Shown here: in pieces, positions 1-9,592 of the stretch | Numbering within the stretch: the stretch's first letter is position 1 | Layout: every line of letters starts with the position of its first letter | NCBI GenBank assembly: GCA_005877185.1 | Contig: VBPQ01000028.1 | Span: 1 to 34,662, forward strand | Source: Nitrososphaerota archaeon | GTDB taxonomy: Archaea > Thermoproteota > Nitrososphaeria > Nitrososphaerales > Gagatemarchaeaceae | Direction: 5' to 3' | DNA length: 34,662 nucleotides | The notes under the pieces: model-generated | The model's database searches: none | What the model was told of the DNA's origin: nothing | What the model saw: the letters and a program-made list of their open reading frames with translations, nothing else | Made by a program: the position numbers and the translations under genes

Positions 1-1
1 C

Positions 2-919
2 GCCGCGCTGGTCCCCAGAACCCTCCCTAGGTGGCTGGCACTCCCCGCGGACGAGGTAATCTTGTGTGTGGACAAGCCCGCCAGTCAACACCTGACTGAG
101 GTCATAGGAGAGAATTCGAGGGGAGACCGCAGGCTCCGAGTCGTTGAGGTTCCAAGGGAGAGCGGCTGGCTTTTCCACCAGGCTTTCGTGAGGAGGACGG
201 GGTTCAAGTCAGCCAGGTTCGACAAGATTCTGACGGGGGACATCGACGTCATAGTAAACGAAAATGTGGTGAGGGCGGTCCAGATGGTCGGGAAGGACAA
301 CATCGGAATCGTAAACCTCCAGAAGGAAATGAGAAGCGGTTTCTTCGACATCGTCCAGAACTCGACTAGGAGGGTCATCAGGGTACTGAAGAAGGAGGCT
401 TACTTCACCGGGTTGTACGCGCTCTACAGACCGTACTGGTTGGAGACGGAAGACGAGGAGTCGGCGAAGAGGATTCCCCACCCGCTCAGACACGGAGCCC
501 TCGAGGCGGAGGACGACTTCTTCGTTGGACTCGCTTCTGGTCGGGAGGCAGCCCCTCCGCCCTATCTCGGGGATGACACCATGCTCAAGCGGGCGATGCT
601 GAAGAAATACAGGGTGGTGTCACTCCCACAGATTGGGGGTGTCGAAGTGAGGACAGAGACTGACAATAGGCCGGCCTTTCAGGCCAGGCAAGCGGTCAGG
701 TTGTTCAGGGACGGAAGGAATCTCGCATACATAACAGCGAAGTCGATGCTCTACGTGAGGGGGACGCTGCTGAAGGCTTATTCTGAACTCTTGATTACCA
801 AATTCGGGACGTGGTTCTTCCTAAAGGAGCTGCTGATGCTACCTCTGGACATCATCTTGTTCTCGGAGACTCTGGCCCTGAGAGCGATGGGGGTATCCGT
901 CAAGCGCAGAAGGTTGTGA
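2..919 (+). CDS. Putative GT-A-fold glycosyltransferase, 5'-truncated by the window edge
   Basis: Frame is open from base 2 (AALVPRTLPRWLALPADEVILCVD...) and aligns with the next ORF. DxD-like TGDID and a later GDD motif. Glycosylation-gene neighbourhood. Confidence 0.6.
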   Translation, partial: AALVPRTLPRWLALPADEVILCVDKPASQHLTEVIGENSRGDRRLRVVEVPRESGWLFHQAFVRRTGFKSARFDKILTGDIDVIVNENVVRAVQMVGKDNIGIVNLQKEMRSGFFDIVQNSTRRVIRVLKKEAYFTGLYALYRPYWLETEDEESAKRIPHPLRHGALEAEDDFFVGLASGREAAPPPYLGDDTMLKRAMLKKYRVVSLPQIGGVEVRTETDNRPAFQARQAVRLFRDGRNLAYITAKSMLYVRGTLLKAYSELLITKFGTWFFLKELLMLPLDIILFSETLALRAMGVSVKRRRL

Positions 920-955
920 TGCCAATCGTCCGCCTCTCCGAGGATTTTTTCGATC

Positions 956-1900
956 GTGCTCGCCGTGGCTGAGAGAGACGCATATCTCGTTCCGAAGTCG
1001 CTCCCTTCCTGGTTGTCGTTGGGCGCGAAGGACGTAGTTCTCTGCGTCGATCATCCGGTCGGCTCGCAGCTGCTGGAAGCGATAAGGTCAGCTTCAGGCG
1101 GCGACGACAGGGTTCGAATCCTCGAAGTCCCAGAGAACAAGGAATGGCTCTTTCGGCAGGCGCTCGTGAGAAGGACGGGGTTCAGGGCGGCCAAGTATGA
1201 CAAGGTGTTGACGGGCGACGTGGACCTCGTCGTCAACCAGAACTGTCTGAAGGCCGTCGAGATGGTGGGAGAGGAGAACGTCGGTCTCGTGTCTCTGGAG
1301 AAGCGAAGAGGGGGCGGGACTCTTGGCGAGCTCATCCGAAACCTCAGCAAGAAGGCGGTCAAGGTCACGAAAAGGCGCGCGCTCTTCACAGGCCTCTATG
1401 CCCTCTACAAGCCCTACTGGCTGGACACCGAGAAGGAGGAGGAAGTCAAGATGATCCCACATCCCCATTCAGCGGACCTGCTAAGGGGCGCCGCACGATA
1501 CCTGGGAGAGGACGTGATACTCAGAGACTACATGAGAAAGAGGCACAAGGTCGTCTACCTGCCCGAGGTCGGCGGGAAAGACCTCAGGATAGCCCTCGAG
1601 GACAGGCCGGTCGTTCAGAGGAAACTGGGCGAGGGCTATTTCCTCGACGGGAGGAGCCTTTCTTACGTCCTTCCCAGGTCGATCCTTTACGCCAGGGGGA
1701 CGATGCTGGGAGTCTTTTGCGACCTAGTCGTGAGAGAGCACGGGGGCTTCTTCCTCTTGAGAGAGTTTGTCCTTTCAATCGTGGGCACACTCCGGCGAAC
1801 CCTTCTCCTTCTGCTCAGAGAGGCGGGAGAAGACGGGAATCAACTACGAGGCGGTCGGTCAACGAGCCCCCAAAGCGGGATGGAAAGAGAATCCACTTAA
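956..1900 (+). CDS. Putative GT-A-fold glycosyltransferase, tandem paralogue of the upstream ORF; true start uncertain (possibly ATG 919 via a frameshift)
   Basis: Shares LCVD, VRRTGF, DKxLTGDxD, FTGLYALYxPYWL, IPHP and YLG(E/D)D blocks with ORF 2..919. In-frame FSIVLAV lies at and just upstream of 956. Confidence 0.6.
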   Translation: MLAVAERDAYLVPKSLPSWLSLGAKDVVLCVDHPVGSQLLEAIRSASGGDDRVRILEVPENKEWLFRQALVRRTGFRAAKYDKVLTGDVDLVVNQNCLKAVEMVGEENVGLVSLEKRRGGGTLGELIRNLSKKAVKVTKRRALFTGLYALYKPYWLDTEKEEEVKMIPHPHSADLLRGAARYLGEDVILRDYMRKRHKVVYLPEVGGKDLRIALEDRPVVQRKLGEGYFLDGRSLSYVLPRSILYARGTMLGVFCDLVVREHGGFFLLREFVLSIVGTLRRTLLLLLREAGEDGNQLRGGRSTSPQSGMEREST

Positions 1901-1933
1901 AAGAATCTCACCCGAGACTGAGCCAAGAGAGAA

Positions 1934-2983
1934 TTGAAGTGGAGTAGGAAGAAGGTGGTCGTGACTGGGGGAGCCGGTTTCATCGGCTCCAATATGGTGA
2001 ACCGACTGCTCGAGCTGGGCGCGGACGTCCTAGTCGTGGACAAACTCCAGCTGGCGAGCGGCTCGCTCGCGTGGAAAAGGAAGGTTCTGCGACTGGAGGA
2101 GATATTCAAGAGGAACGGGATAAACAAGATCCCGCTAGAGATCTGCGACCTCGAAGTCGACAAGCAGAGATTCCAGATCATCGCACAGTCCGCGGACGTA
2201 GTCTTCCATCTAAGCGCTGTGTTCGGGGGAAGGGAGTTCGTAAACACCCGCCAGGCGGATTGTTCGAAGATGCTCGCAATCGACCATAACGTGATCGATG
2301 CGGCGCACGAGGCGGGAGTGGGGAGGTTCCACTACAGCTCCTCAGCCTGTGTTTACCCGGATTCGCTGCAGAAGAATCCGAAGTACCTGCTCAGGGAAGA
2401 CGACATACTCAGCACGGGTGACGGCTGGCAGAGCAGCGACAACCTCTACGGGTTCGCGAAACTGATGGGCGAGTTGCAGTGCATCGTCTACAACAGGGAG
2501 AAGGGGATGCAGACCTCCTCGTGCAGATACCTGACAGTCTACGGGATGGGAGAGTTCGATACCTCTCACGCGATCTCGGCCCTGATAGAGAAGGCCCTGG
2601 ACAGGATGGACCCCTACGTCATCTGGGGGAGTGGGAATCAGGAGAGGGGGTTCACGTACGTCGACGACATAGTAAACGGCTCAATCCTCGCCTGTGAGAA
2701 GGTCGTCGACGGCACCCCTGTCAATCTTGGCTGGGACAAGAGGTATAAGATAAGGGAGGTCGGAGAGATGATCCTCAAGATAGCGCACCACCATCCCAAG
2801 ATGGTCTTCGATAGGACGAAACCCGAAGGCCCCTTTAGCAGGGCCCTCGACATCTCCAGAGCAAAGAGGCTGCTCGAGTGGGAACCGAAAGTCGACCTCA
2901 GGGAGGGCCTCGAGAGGACGATTGAGTGGCACGGAGAAGCGCGGGCGGTCTCCGAATCTTCCGCTACCAGGTTCCGAGCATAG
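1934..2983 (+). CDS. NAD-dependent nucleotide-sugar epimerase/dehydratase (GDP-mannose 3,5-epimerase-like extended SDR)
   Basis: VTGGAGFIGS Rossmann motif, SSACVYP, YGFAK (YxxxK), IWGSGNQERGFTYVDD. TTG start. Confidence 0.9.
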   Translation: MKWSRKKVVVTGGAGFIGSNMVNRLLELGADVLVVDKLQLASGSLAWKRKVLRLEEIFKRNGINKIPLEICDLEVDKQRFQIIAQSADVVFHLSAVFGGREFVNTRQADCSKMLAIDHNVIDAAHEAGVGRFHYSSSACVYPDSLQKNPKYLLREDDILSTGDGWQSSDNLYGFAKLMGELQCIVYNREKGMQTSSCRYLTVYGMGEFDTSHAISALIEKALDRMDPYVIWGSGNQERGFTYVDDIVNGSILACEKVVDGTPVNLGWDKRYKIREVGEMILKIAHHHPKMVFDRTKPEGPFSRALDISRAKRLLEWEPKVDLREGLERTIEWHGEARAVSESSATRFRA

Positions 2984-3758
2984 GCGGGTAGGAACGCTTG
3001 TGGGCCGACTCGCGATGCCTGCGGAGAACCTCCTCCACGACCTCTAAGTCGACCGCCGTCTGCCGAGCCACCTCTCGCGGAGGGAGCCTCGCGTCAAGAA
3101 GGCCGTAGAGGACAAGGTCCAACGCGTCGTAATCGACCGGTATTTCGTCGGTGGCCTTGTGTCCTGCCCAGAGCTGGGGAGAGGAAGGTTTCTCGACCAC
3201 CCCACGAGGGAGGCCGAGATGGGCTCCGAGCCGCCTCACCTGCGTCTTGTACAGGTGCGCGATGGGGAGGAAGTCCACCCCTCCGTCCCCCCACTTTGTG
3301 AAATAACCTATTTGATCCTCCGACCTGTCTCCCGTTCCAGCCACGACCATCCCGAGCCGGTTCGCGAAGAAGTAGTTTATGATCATCCTGATCCGCGCCT
3401 TGGCGTTCGCTTTCGCGATCTTGTCGTCTCCCCGGAGCGGCAGAGCAGTCACTAGGGTAGAGAAGATTGGGTCTATTCTCACTTCGAAAGTCTTGACGCC
3501 CCAGCCTTCGGCCAAGATTCTTGCGTCCTCCATATCCTTCTTCGGCGTGTGAGAGGCGGGCATGAGTATTCCCACGACCTTCTCCTTCCCAAGCGCGCGG
3601 ACGCACAGCGCGCCGACGACGGAGCTGTCAATCCCCCCGCTCAGCCCCACGACAGTGCCGTTGGCCCGAGCGCCAGAAACGACCTGCTGGATAAACCGAA
3701 TTATCTCACCTTCCACCTTCGGGTAGTCAAGAGAGAGCGCATCGGAAGTGATTTGCAT
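2964..3758 (-). CDS. nadE: NH3-dependent NAD+ synthetase
   Basis: GLSGGIDSS PP-loop, ARIRM, GTGDRSE, GYFTKWGDG, PIAHLYKTQV, KPSSPQLW. Confidence 0.95.
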   Translation of the reverse strand: MQITSDALSLDYPKVEGEIIRFIQQVVSGARANGTVVGLSGGIDSSVVGALCVRALGKEKVVGILMPASHTPKKDMEDARILAEGWGVKTFEVRIDPIFSTLVTALPLRGDDKIAKANAKARIRMIINYFFANRLGMVVAGTGDRSEDQIGYFTKWGDGGVDFLPIAHLYKTQVRRLGAHLGLPRGVVEKPSSPQLWAGHKATDEIPVDYDALDLVLYGLLDARLPPREVARQTAVDLEVVEEVLRRHRESAHKRSYPPMLGTW

Positions 3759-3802
3759 CAGACGGGTTGCCTCTCGTTCAACTTAAAAGAATTGAGGAGA
3801 AC

Positions 3803-5134
3803 TCACGCCCCGAAATCGGAGCCGATGCCCGCCCCAAAATACTCCGATACCCCCCTCACTTCCTCTCCGAGGAAGCGCCAGCAGTCGAGGACTTTTTTTC
3901 CCCGGAAGCTCCGGGGTGGAAGCTTCCTGAAGTCTCTCCAGGGTGTGGCGAGGATGACACAGTCGCTCCCTCTCACGCATTCTTCTGCGCTACCGGCGAA
4001 GCGGACCGAATTGTTCAGGACAGCCCTCGCGTTGTCCATCGCTGCGGGGTCGAAGACGCTGACCTCGTATCCGAGCCGGCTCAGACGCTCTGCCAGAAGG
4101 AGAGACTGCGACTCCTCCACGACGTTGGTGTCAGGCTTGTACGCCAGACCGAGCACGCCCACCTTCGCGTTCGGGTCGAGCTCAAGCCTCTTCACCAGGC
4201 CGAGAACCCGTTCCACCTGGAGAAGGTTGACTTTGTGCGTCGCCTCAGCGATCAATGCCTGCGCGCCCACACGTGAAGCGTAGCGGGCGAAGGCGACGTT
4301 GTCGCGGGGGAAACACGGTCCACCAAATCCGAGGGCGCCCCTAAGATAGCTGGGACCGATTCTCGTGTCTTTGCCGATGGCGCGAGTAATCTTGTCTACA
4401 TCCCCCCCTGGCATCCTCTCGCTCATCTCGGCGAGCGTATTCGCGAAGCTTATCTTCATGGTGACGAACGAGTTAACGGCTATCTTCGCGAGCTCGGCAT
4501 TCACAAACTCCATCCGCTCGATGGGCGGAGAGTTGCTGCAGATGCGCCTCTGCAACCCCTCCAACACCGTCCCTGCCTTCGCGTCCGACTCCCCGATCAG
4601 GATGAAGTCCGGCTCGAGCAATCCCCGAACGACGTCCCCGAGCGCGATGAACTCCGGGTTATAGCACAGCCCGAAGTCCTTCCCGCACACCCGGCCTGAA
4701 GCGCGCTCAAGCGCGGGCCTGACCACACCCTCCGTCGAGCCGGGCATCACCGTGCTTGTCAACACCACGAGGTGGTACCCCCGCTTGGTTGCCAGCTCGA
4801 AGCCTATTTTCTCCATCACAGGCTTTACGTACTCGAGGGAGAATGCGCCCGACCCGTCGCTGGGGGTCGGCACAACCACGAAAGTCGCGTCTGCATCCGC
4901 GATCGCTCCATCGTACCTCGTGGTGGCAGTGAGCCTCTTCGAGTTGCTCTTGATCAGCCCCTTGAGTCGGGGTTCGTAGACCTGGGGGTTTCCTTTGTTG
5001 ACGGCGTCGACCTTCGTCTGATCAACGTCTATTCCCCTTACATCGAAACCTCTGCTTGCTAGGACGGCAGCGAGGCAAAGGCCGAGTTTGCCGAGCCCCA
5101 CGACGGAGACGCGCCTGATTGAATTCACTGCCAA
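3803..5134 (-). CDS. UDP-glucose/GDP-mannose dehydrogenase family protein
   Basis: GLGKLG, VPTP, STVMPG, YNPEF, GFGGPCFPRD (catalytic Cys), GLAYKP. Confidence 0.93.
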   Translation of the reverse strand: MAVNSIRRVSVVGLGKLGLCLAAVLASRGFDVRGIDVDQTKVDAVNKGNPQVYEPRLKGLIKSNSKRLTATTRYDGAIADADATFVVVPTPSDGSGAFSLEYVKPVMEKIGFELATKRGYHLVVLTSTVMPGSTEGVVRPALERASGRVCGKDFGLCYNPEFIALGDVVRGLLEPDFILIGESDAKAGTVLEGLQRRICSNSPPIERMEFVNAELAKIAVNSFVTMKISFANTLAEMSERMPGGDVDKITRAIGKDTRIGPSYLRGALGFGGPCFPRDNVAFARYASRVGAQALIAEATHKVNLLQVERVLGLVKRLELDPNAKVGVLGLAYKPDTNVVEESQSLLLAERLSRLGYEVSVFDPAAMDNARAVLNNSVRFAGSAEECVRGSDCVILATPWRDFRKLPPRSFRGKKVLDCWRFLGEEVRGVSEYFGAGIGSDFGA

Positions 5135-5310
5135 AAATGCCCGACGCCCGCACCCGGCTCCGATGGGTGCAATAACTATTCCGAGGATTCCGGGCGCCAG
5201 CGGTGCGCGAGCGAGGGATGTCGGACCCTCGTGGTTCGAAGTCGCTTGCCTGCTAGCTATCCCAGGCTATCCCCGAGGGCCACGGCACCCCATCGGCGCG
5301 ACCAAACAGG

Positions 5311-6063
5311 CTAGCGACGAAGACGACGTGCTTTCACGATCAGGTGCCAGCCGAGTTCGTACTTGTCGGGTAGGTTGAGCTTGAACTTGCGCTGGTCGGA
5401 GAGGTCAACCACGTTGAAGTGGACGCTAACGTCAATCATCTCAAAGTGGGGCGAGAGCAGAGCCCGCGCTTCCTCCTTCGTGTAGGCTTTCGTATAGGGG
5501 CATCCGAGGATTCTTTCGCTGTAGCGAGAAAGAAGCTTCTCCTCGCTCAGCCCCTCTTTTCGGTGTGAAAAGACGATTGAGTAGGCGTAAAGGAGGCTCT
5601 CCCTGTTGTAGAGCATGCAGATCAGCTCGCCGCCGGGCTTGAGCACCCTGGCGATCGCGCCTATCGCCGGGACGACCTCCGGGATGTGGTGAAGGACTCC
5701 GAACGAATATACGCAATCGAAACTGGCATCACCGAACGGCAGCTCCGTCGCGGTTGCGCGTACCGTATCATGGGCTAGACGCGCCTCGTTGAGGAGGCTA
5801 TTCGTGCTCAGCGCCCCATTCTCCGTGAAATCGAGACTCACCACCGAGGCGCCGTTTCGTGCGAATTCGGCAGAGTCTATCCCCGATCCCGAGCCTATCT
5901 CTAGTACACGCTTTCCCTTGAAGAGGTCGAAGCGGATCACTCCGGCCATATAATCCTGGAGCGAATATCGTGATGCCCTCTTTTCTTCGTAAGGACGGTC
6001 CTCGTTCCTGAAGGTCCAGGGTACTGCTTTTTCCCAGTAGCTCACAAACTCATCCGACATCAA
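5311..6063 (-). CDS. Class I SAM-dependent methyltransferase
   Basis: VLEIGSGSG motif I, LPFGDASFDCVYSFGVLHH, RVLKPGG. Confidence 0.88.
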   Translation of the reverse strand: MMSDEFVSYWEKAVPWTFRNEDRPYEEKRASRYSLQDYMAGVIRFDLFKGKRVLEIGSGSGIDSAEFARNGASVVSLDFTENGALSTNSLLNEARLAHDTVRATATELPFGDASFDCVYSFGVLHHIPEVVPAIGAIARVLKPGGELICMLYNRESLLYAYSIVFSHRKEGLSEEKLLSRYSERILGCPYTKAYTKEEARALLSPHFEMIDVSVHFNVVDLSDQRKFKLNLPDKYELGWHLIVKARRLRR

Positions 6064-6282
6064 GCGTCGAGCTCACAGGCGAACAGAGGAAGGTACGGTA
6101 GTCTTTCGGACGAGAAGCAAGGGCATGAGCCAAGGGTCACGGTCTCCGGGACTGCCCCGTGGTCTGACGGTTAGGCCCCGTTGCGCGCAGTAAGTCGCTG
6201 CGGCTGCCAACGTCTCGAACTCGTCGAGTGCGTCTATAAACCGATTGGGCGGGATGGTCTCGAGGCGGGATGGATTGAGCTT

Positions 6283-7845
6283 TCATCCACCCGCGGCGAG
6301 CGAGGAGACGATGTTGAAGAGGGTCCTCGCGTATCTCCTGAACTTATGGTCGACGACGAAAAGAACCCCGAAGTAGAGCACCGCGCCCACAATCACCGTC
6401 AGCGCCAGCCTCAGTCCGTAGGAGACGGTCTCGAGCCCAGCCGGCAGGATTGCAACCCCGAAATAGCGTACCGCGATCGCCATCACGATTCCGGAGACGA
6501 CGTACAGGGGGAGCGAGGGCGAGAGGTACAGTCTGGCCTTCCCGCTGAGCCTCCTCGCCTTCACGGCCACAAGGACGCATGATAGGGCGAGCTGTGCTAC
6601 CGCCCAGTAGGCCGCGAACTGGTACGCGGGCGCGTCGCCAGCTGCGACGTAGCTGCCGAGAAGGAAGACGATACCGATGTACACCGCGGAGTAGGTCAAG
6701 TTTGCGATGGGCACGAACATCAGGTCGCTCCTGAGGATGCTCCTGGTCCTCCCCCTCTCCTCGTCGAGGTCGGCCCTCTCTCGACCGGTCAGCGTCTGGT
6801 CGAAGACCGTGGACACGAGCGTTACGATCGCTGAGAGGGAGAGAAACTCGAGAGCCGTGCTGCTTACGACGTAAGCCGGGGAGAGGAGGTACAATATCTG
6901 GGGCGCCAGGGCGATGGCGCCAGCGGCCATCGGGATGGCGAAGAGAAGCGAGAATTCGAGCACCTCACCCATCAGCTTGTCCGAGCGCTCTCTGAGGAGG
7001 AGCGGGTAGAGAGCCACTGAAAGGAAGGTCGAATACGAGACAATCGCGGCGACCTGGAAGGCCGCTTGGTAGTAACCGGCCAAGCTAGTTCCTCCTTGGC
7101 CCACGGACGCGGCGAAGGTGTCTGCGATTCCAAGGACGTAGGTGAGCGTCATCAACCCAGGCACGTACGGGTCCCTGAGCCACTTCCGGCCGAGGGCGAA
7201 GTCCACCCTCTCCGAGCTGACAATCCTCAGCTGGAAGGTGGAGAACGCGGCCTGCACGAAGTAGGAAACGGCGATGGCGATGATCACTCCCTCGATTCTG
7301 AGCTTGAAGACGAAGAGCAACGGGTAGGCTGCGATTAGCTTCGCCGGCTCTGAGACCAAGAGTGAGTAGGCACCGATCGCCGGGTTGTACCCGCCGACCA
7401 AGGCGGAGGTGGCCTGGTTCCAGTACGAAAGAGGGACGAGGATTATCGCGAGAATGAAGGGCCCGATGCTCGAACCGACCTCCGAGTAGCTTGCGAGCGC
7501 GAAAGCCAGGAATATCGCGACTCCGAGCATGCTCGCCAAGAGGTTAAGAACAAGAGTGGTCTTCCCGACGACCTTCCCCCTGGCCACATCCCTCGCCGCC
7601 CAGTATGTGAGGAAGCCTGCGGGATAGCTGGCGAAGACAATGAGGTCGACGATGAACTCCCAGAGCCCGAGTTGCGCGGGCGGCAGCCACCTGGCCACCA
7701 TGACGAGGAAGACGAAACCCGTGGCGGCGCTGACGATTCTAGAGCCGAAGACGATCAGCCCTGTCATCCGAGGCCTCACAGCTGAGCTCAACTCATGCGC
7801 ACCCGCAACCTCAATGAAATCACTGATAAGTGGAGTGCGTTTCAT
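6283..7845 (-). CDS. Polysaccharide/oligosaccharide flippase (MOP/Wzx-like) membrane protein
   Basis: About 12-14 hydrophobic segments, ARWLPPAQLG and AGYYQAA motifs typical of Wzx-type flippases, glycosylation context. True start may be the downstream Met (MTGLIV). Confidence 0.75.
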   Translation of the reverse strand: MKRTPLISDFIEVAGAHELSSAVRPRMTGLIVFGSRIVSAATGFVFLVMVARWLPPAQLGLWEFIVDLIVFASYPAGFLTYWAARDVARGKVVGKTTLVLNLLASMLGVAIFLAFALASYSEVGSSIGPFILAIILVPLSYWNQATSALVGGYNPAIGAYSLLVSEPAKLIAAYPLLFVFKLRIEGVIIAIAVSYFVQAAFSTFQLRIVSSERVDFALGRKWLRDPYVPGLMTLTYVLGIADTFAASVGQGGTSLAGYYQAAFQVAAIVSYSTFLSVALYPLLLRERSDKLMGEVLEFSLLFAIPMAAGAIALAPQILYLLSPAYVVSSTALEFLSLSAIVTLVSTVFDQTLTGRERADLDEERGRTRSILRSDLMFVPIANLTYSAVYIGIVFLLGSYVAAGDAPAYQFAAYWAVAQLALSCVLVAVKARRLSGKARLYLSPSLPLYVVSGIVMAIAVRYFGVAILPAGLETVSYGLRLALTVIVGAVLYFGVLFVVDHKFRRYARTLFNIVSSLAAGG

Positions 7846-7904
7846 TCACGGCACGGCAAAGATTAATATCGCTGGCACAAAGTGAGGGCCGTTCCCGAAG
7901 CGTT

Positions 7905-8486
7905 ATGTTTGAACTTGTGAGTCTAGCGGATGTTGTAAGGGTCCCTCCGGACAAGTTCGGGTCGCCTCTCGAGGACGTATCGCTCGACCTCCTGAAGCTC
8001 AAGTACGAAAGCACGATCAACCCCGAACACGGATATCTCATCCTTGTGACGAAGGTGGAAGTCGACCGGGTCGGGAAGATAATAGCGGGAGATGGCGCGA
8101 CTTACCATAAGGTAAGGTTCGAAGTACTGACCTTCTATCCTCTGAAGCAGGAGCTCGTGGAGGGTGAGATAGTCGAGGTGACCGACTTCGGGGCCTTCGT
8201 CAGGATAGGGCCGGCGGACGCACTTCTCCACCTAAGCCAGATAATGGACGACTATCTCACGAGCGACGTGAAGTCCGGGATCATCACCGCTTCGCAGAGC
8301 AAGAGGACACTGAGGGTCGGCTCGAAGGTGAGAGTGAGGATAACCGCCGTCAGCCTGGGACACGGCATCTCGATGGGGAAGATAGGGGTGACGTGCAGGC
8401 AGCCTTACCTGGGCGCGCTCGAATGGATCGAAGACGATATAGCGAAGGCGCAGAAGACGGCGAAGGCTGAGGCCAGGGCCGTCTAG
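7905..8486 (+). CDS. rpoE1: DNA-directed RNA polymerase subunit E' (Rpo7)
   Basis: DVVRVPPDKFG, GDGATYH, S1 domain FGAFVRIGPADALLHLSQI, KIGVTCRQPYLG. ATG at 7905. Confidence 0.96.
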   Translation: MFELVSLADVVRVPPDKFGSPLEDVSLDLLKLKYESTINPEHGYLILVTKVEVDRVGKIIAGDGATYHKVRFEVLTFYPLKQELVEGEIVEVTDFGAFVRIGPADALLHLSQIMDDYLTSDVKSGIITASQSKRTLRVGSKVRVRITAVSLGHGISMGKIGVTCRQPYLGALEWIEDDIAKAQKTAKAEARAV

Positions 8487-8502
8487 CCGGAGGGGGAGTG
8501 AG

Positions 8503-8688
8503 ATGAAGGAGATGGCCTGCAGGAGGTGCAGAACGCTGACCAACGAGAAGGTCTGCCCCAACTGCGGCAACACCGAGTTCAGCAACGAGTGGTCGGGGCT
8601 GATAATCGTGCTTAACCCTGCGAAGTCGCAGGTCGCGAAGACCCTGGGGATCACAAAGCCTGGCAGGTACGCCCTCAAGGTAAGCTAG
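8503..8688 (+). CDS. spt4: Transcription elongation factor Spt4 (RpoE'')
   Basis: ACRRC...CPNCG zinc ribbon, WSGLIIV, PGRYALKV. Follows rpoE1. Confidence 0.95.
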   Translation: MKEMACRRCRTLTNEKVCPNCGNTEFSNEWSGLIIVLNPAKSQVAKTLGITKPGRYALKVS

Positions 8689-8699
8689 AGGGGCGGCCC

Positions 8700-9227
8700 A
8701 TGCCTCTCAAAGAATATCGGCTCCCGAGTTCTCTCAGAGAGAGGCTGGCCAAGCCGATCGGGGAGCTCTTCAAGGATGAGGAGATGAACGGGCGAGCCTT
8801 CAGGTCGGAGGTCGAGAAGGCCACCTTCGTGATCACGGTGGGGGACAGGGTCACCGAGAGGATTGCCGAGCTTGGGAGAATCCCGGAGGTGCACGTCATC
8901 GATGGAAGGGAGAGGAGGGTGGAGAGAAGAATGCCGGACGTGCAGTACAGACGGTTGATCAGGGTGAGGAACCCCCCGGGCACGATAACCAACGAGGCCC
9001 TCGGCGGGATCGCCGAAGCTGTCAAGGAGAGGGAGGGGCCGGTGAGGGTCCTCGTCGAGGGGGAGGAGGACCTCCTCGCAATCGCGGCCGTTGCCTCGGC
9101 ACCCATCAGCTCAAGCATTTACTACGGGCAGCCTCTCGTTGGGGTGGTCCTCGTCAGGGTAGACAGGGCCGCGAAGAGGCGCAACGGGGAGATCCTGAAA
9201 GAGATGGGTGTCCCGGAGTCAGGTTAA
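8700..9227 (+). CDS. GTP-dependent dephospho-CoA kinase (DUF359)
   Basis: LAKPIG, TVGDRVT, NPPGTI, VEGEEDL, YGQP. Conserved position between spt4 and rps24e. Confidence 0.9.
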   Translation: MPLKEYRLPSSLRERLAKPIGELFKDEEMNGRAFRSEVEKATFVITVGDRVTERIAELGRIPEVHVIDGRERRVERRMPDVQYRRLIRVRNPPGTITNEALGGIAEAVKEREGPVRVLVEGEEDLLAIAAVASAPISSSIYYGQPLVGVVLVRVDRAAKRRNGEILKEMGVPESG

Positions 9228-9255
9228 TATCGCTGGCCGTCAAGGAGGAGAAGGT

Positions 9256-9591
9256 TTGCAGATAACAAAGAAGACAGAGTCGAAGCTGCTCGACAGGGTT
9301 GAGATTGAGGTGCTCATTCCAGAGAAGGCAGGGAAGCTCTCCCGGAATGAGGCGGTCGGGATGGTCGCGGAGGAGATGAAGGTTGGAAAGGAGAGGGTCG
9401 GGCTGATAGCACTGAAGCAGCAGGCTGGGACGAGAGACGTGGTGGGCATGTTCGGGGTCTACGGTTCTGAGGAAGCCATGAAGAGGACTCACCCCCACCA
9501 TCTCACGGTGAGGCTAATGACGAAGGAGGAGAGGGAGAAGTTGAAGCAAGCGAAGAAGAAGGCGAAGACTCCGACGACGGAGGCGAAGTAG
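9256..9591 (+). CDS. rps24e: 30S ribosomal protein S24e
   Basis: SKLLDRVEIE, SRNEA, VYGSEE motifs and synteny. TTG at 9256 follows a GGAGGAG SD-like sequence (start inferred). Confidence 0.85.
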   Translation: MQITKKTESKLLDRVEIEVLIPEKAGKLSRNEAVGMVAEEMKVGKERVGLIALKQQAGTRDVVGMFGVYGSEEAMKRTHPHHLTVRLMTKEEREKLKQAKKKAKTPTTEAK

Positions 9592-9592
9592 G

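Noticed and set aside
2964..3758. nadE repurposed as a sugar amidase within the glycan locus
   Set aside because: Canonical NadE motifs and its own TATA-like box (3781-3789). Adjacency alone is insufficient.
6064..6282. 45-codon upstream ORF and GGCGGGATGG duplicated at about 6248 and 6264
   Set aside because: No recognisable features, and compatible with chance in GC-rich sequence.
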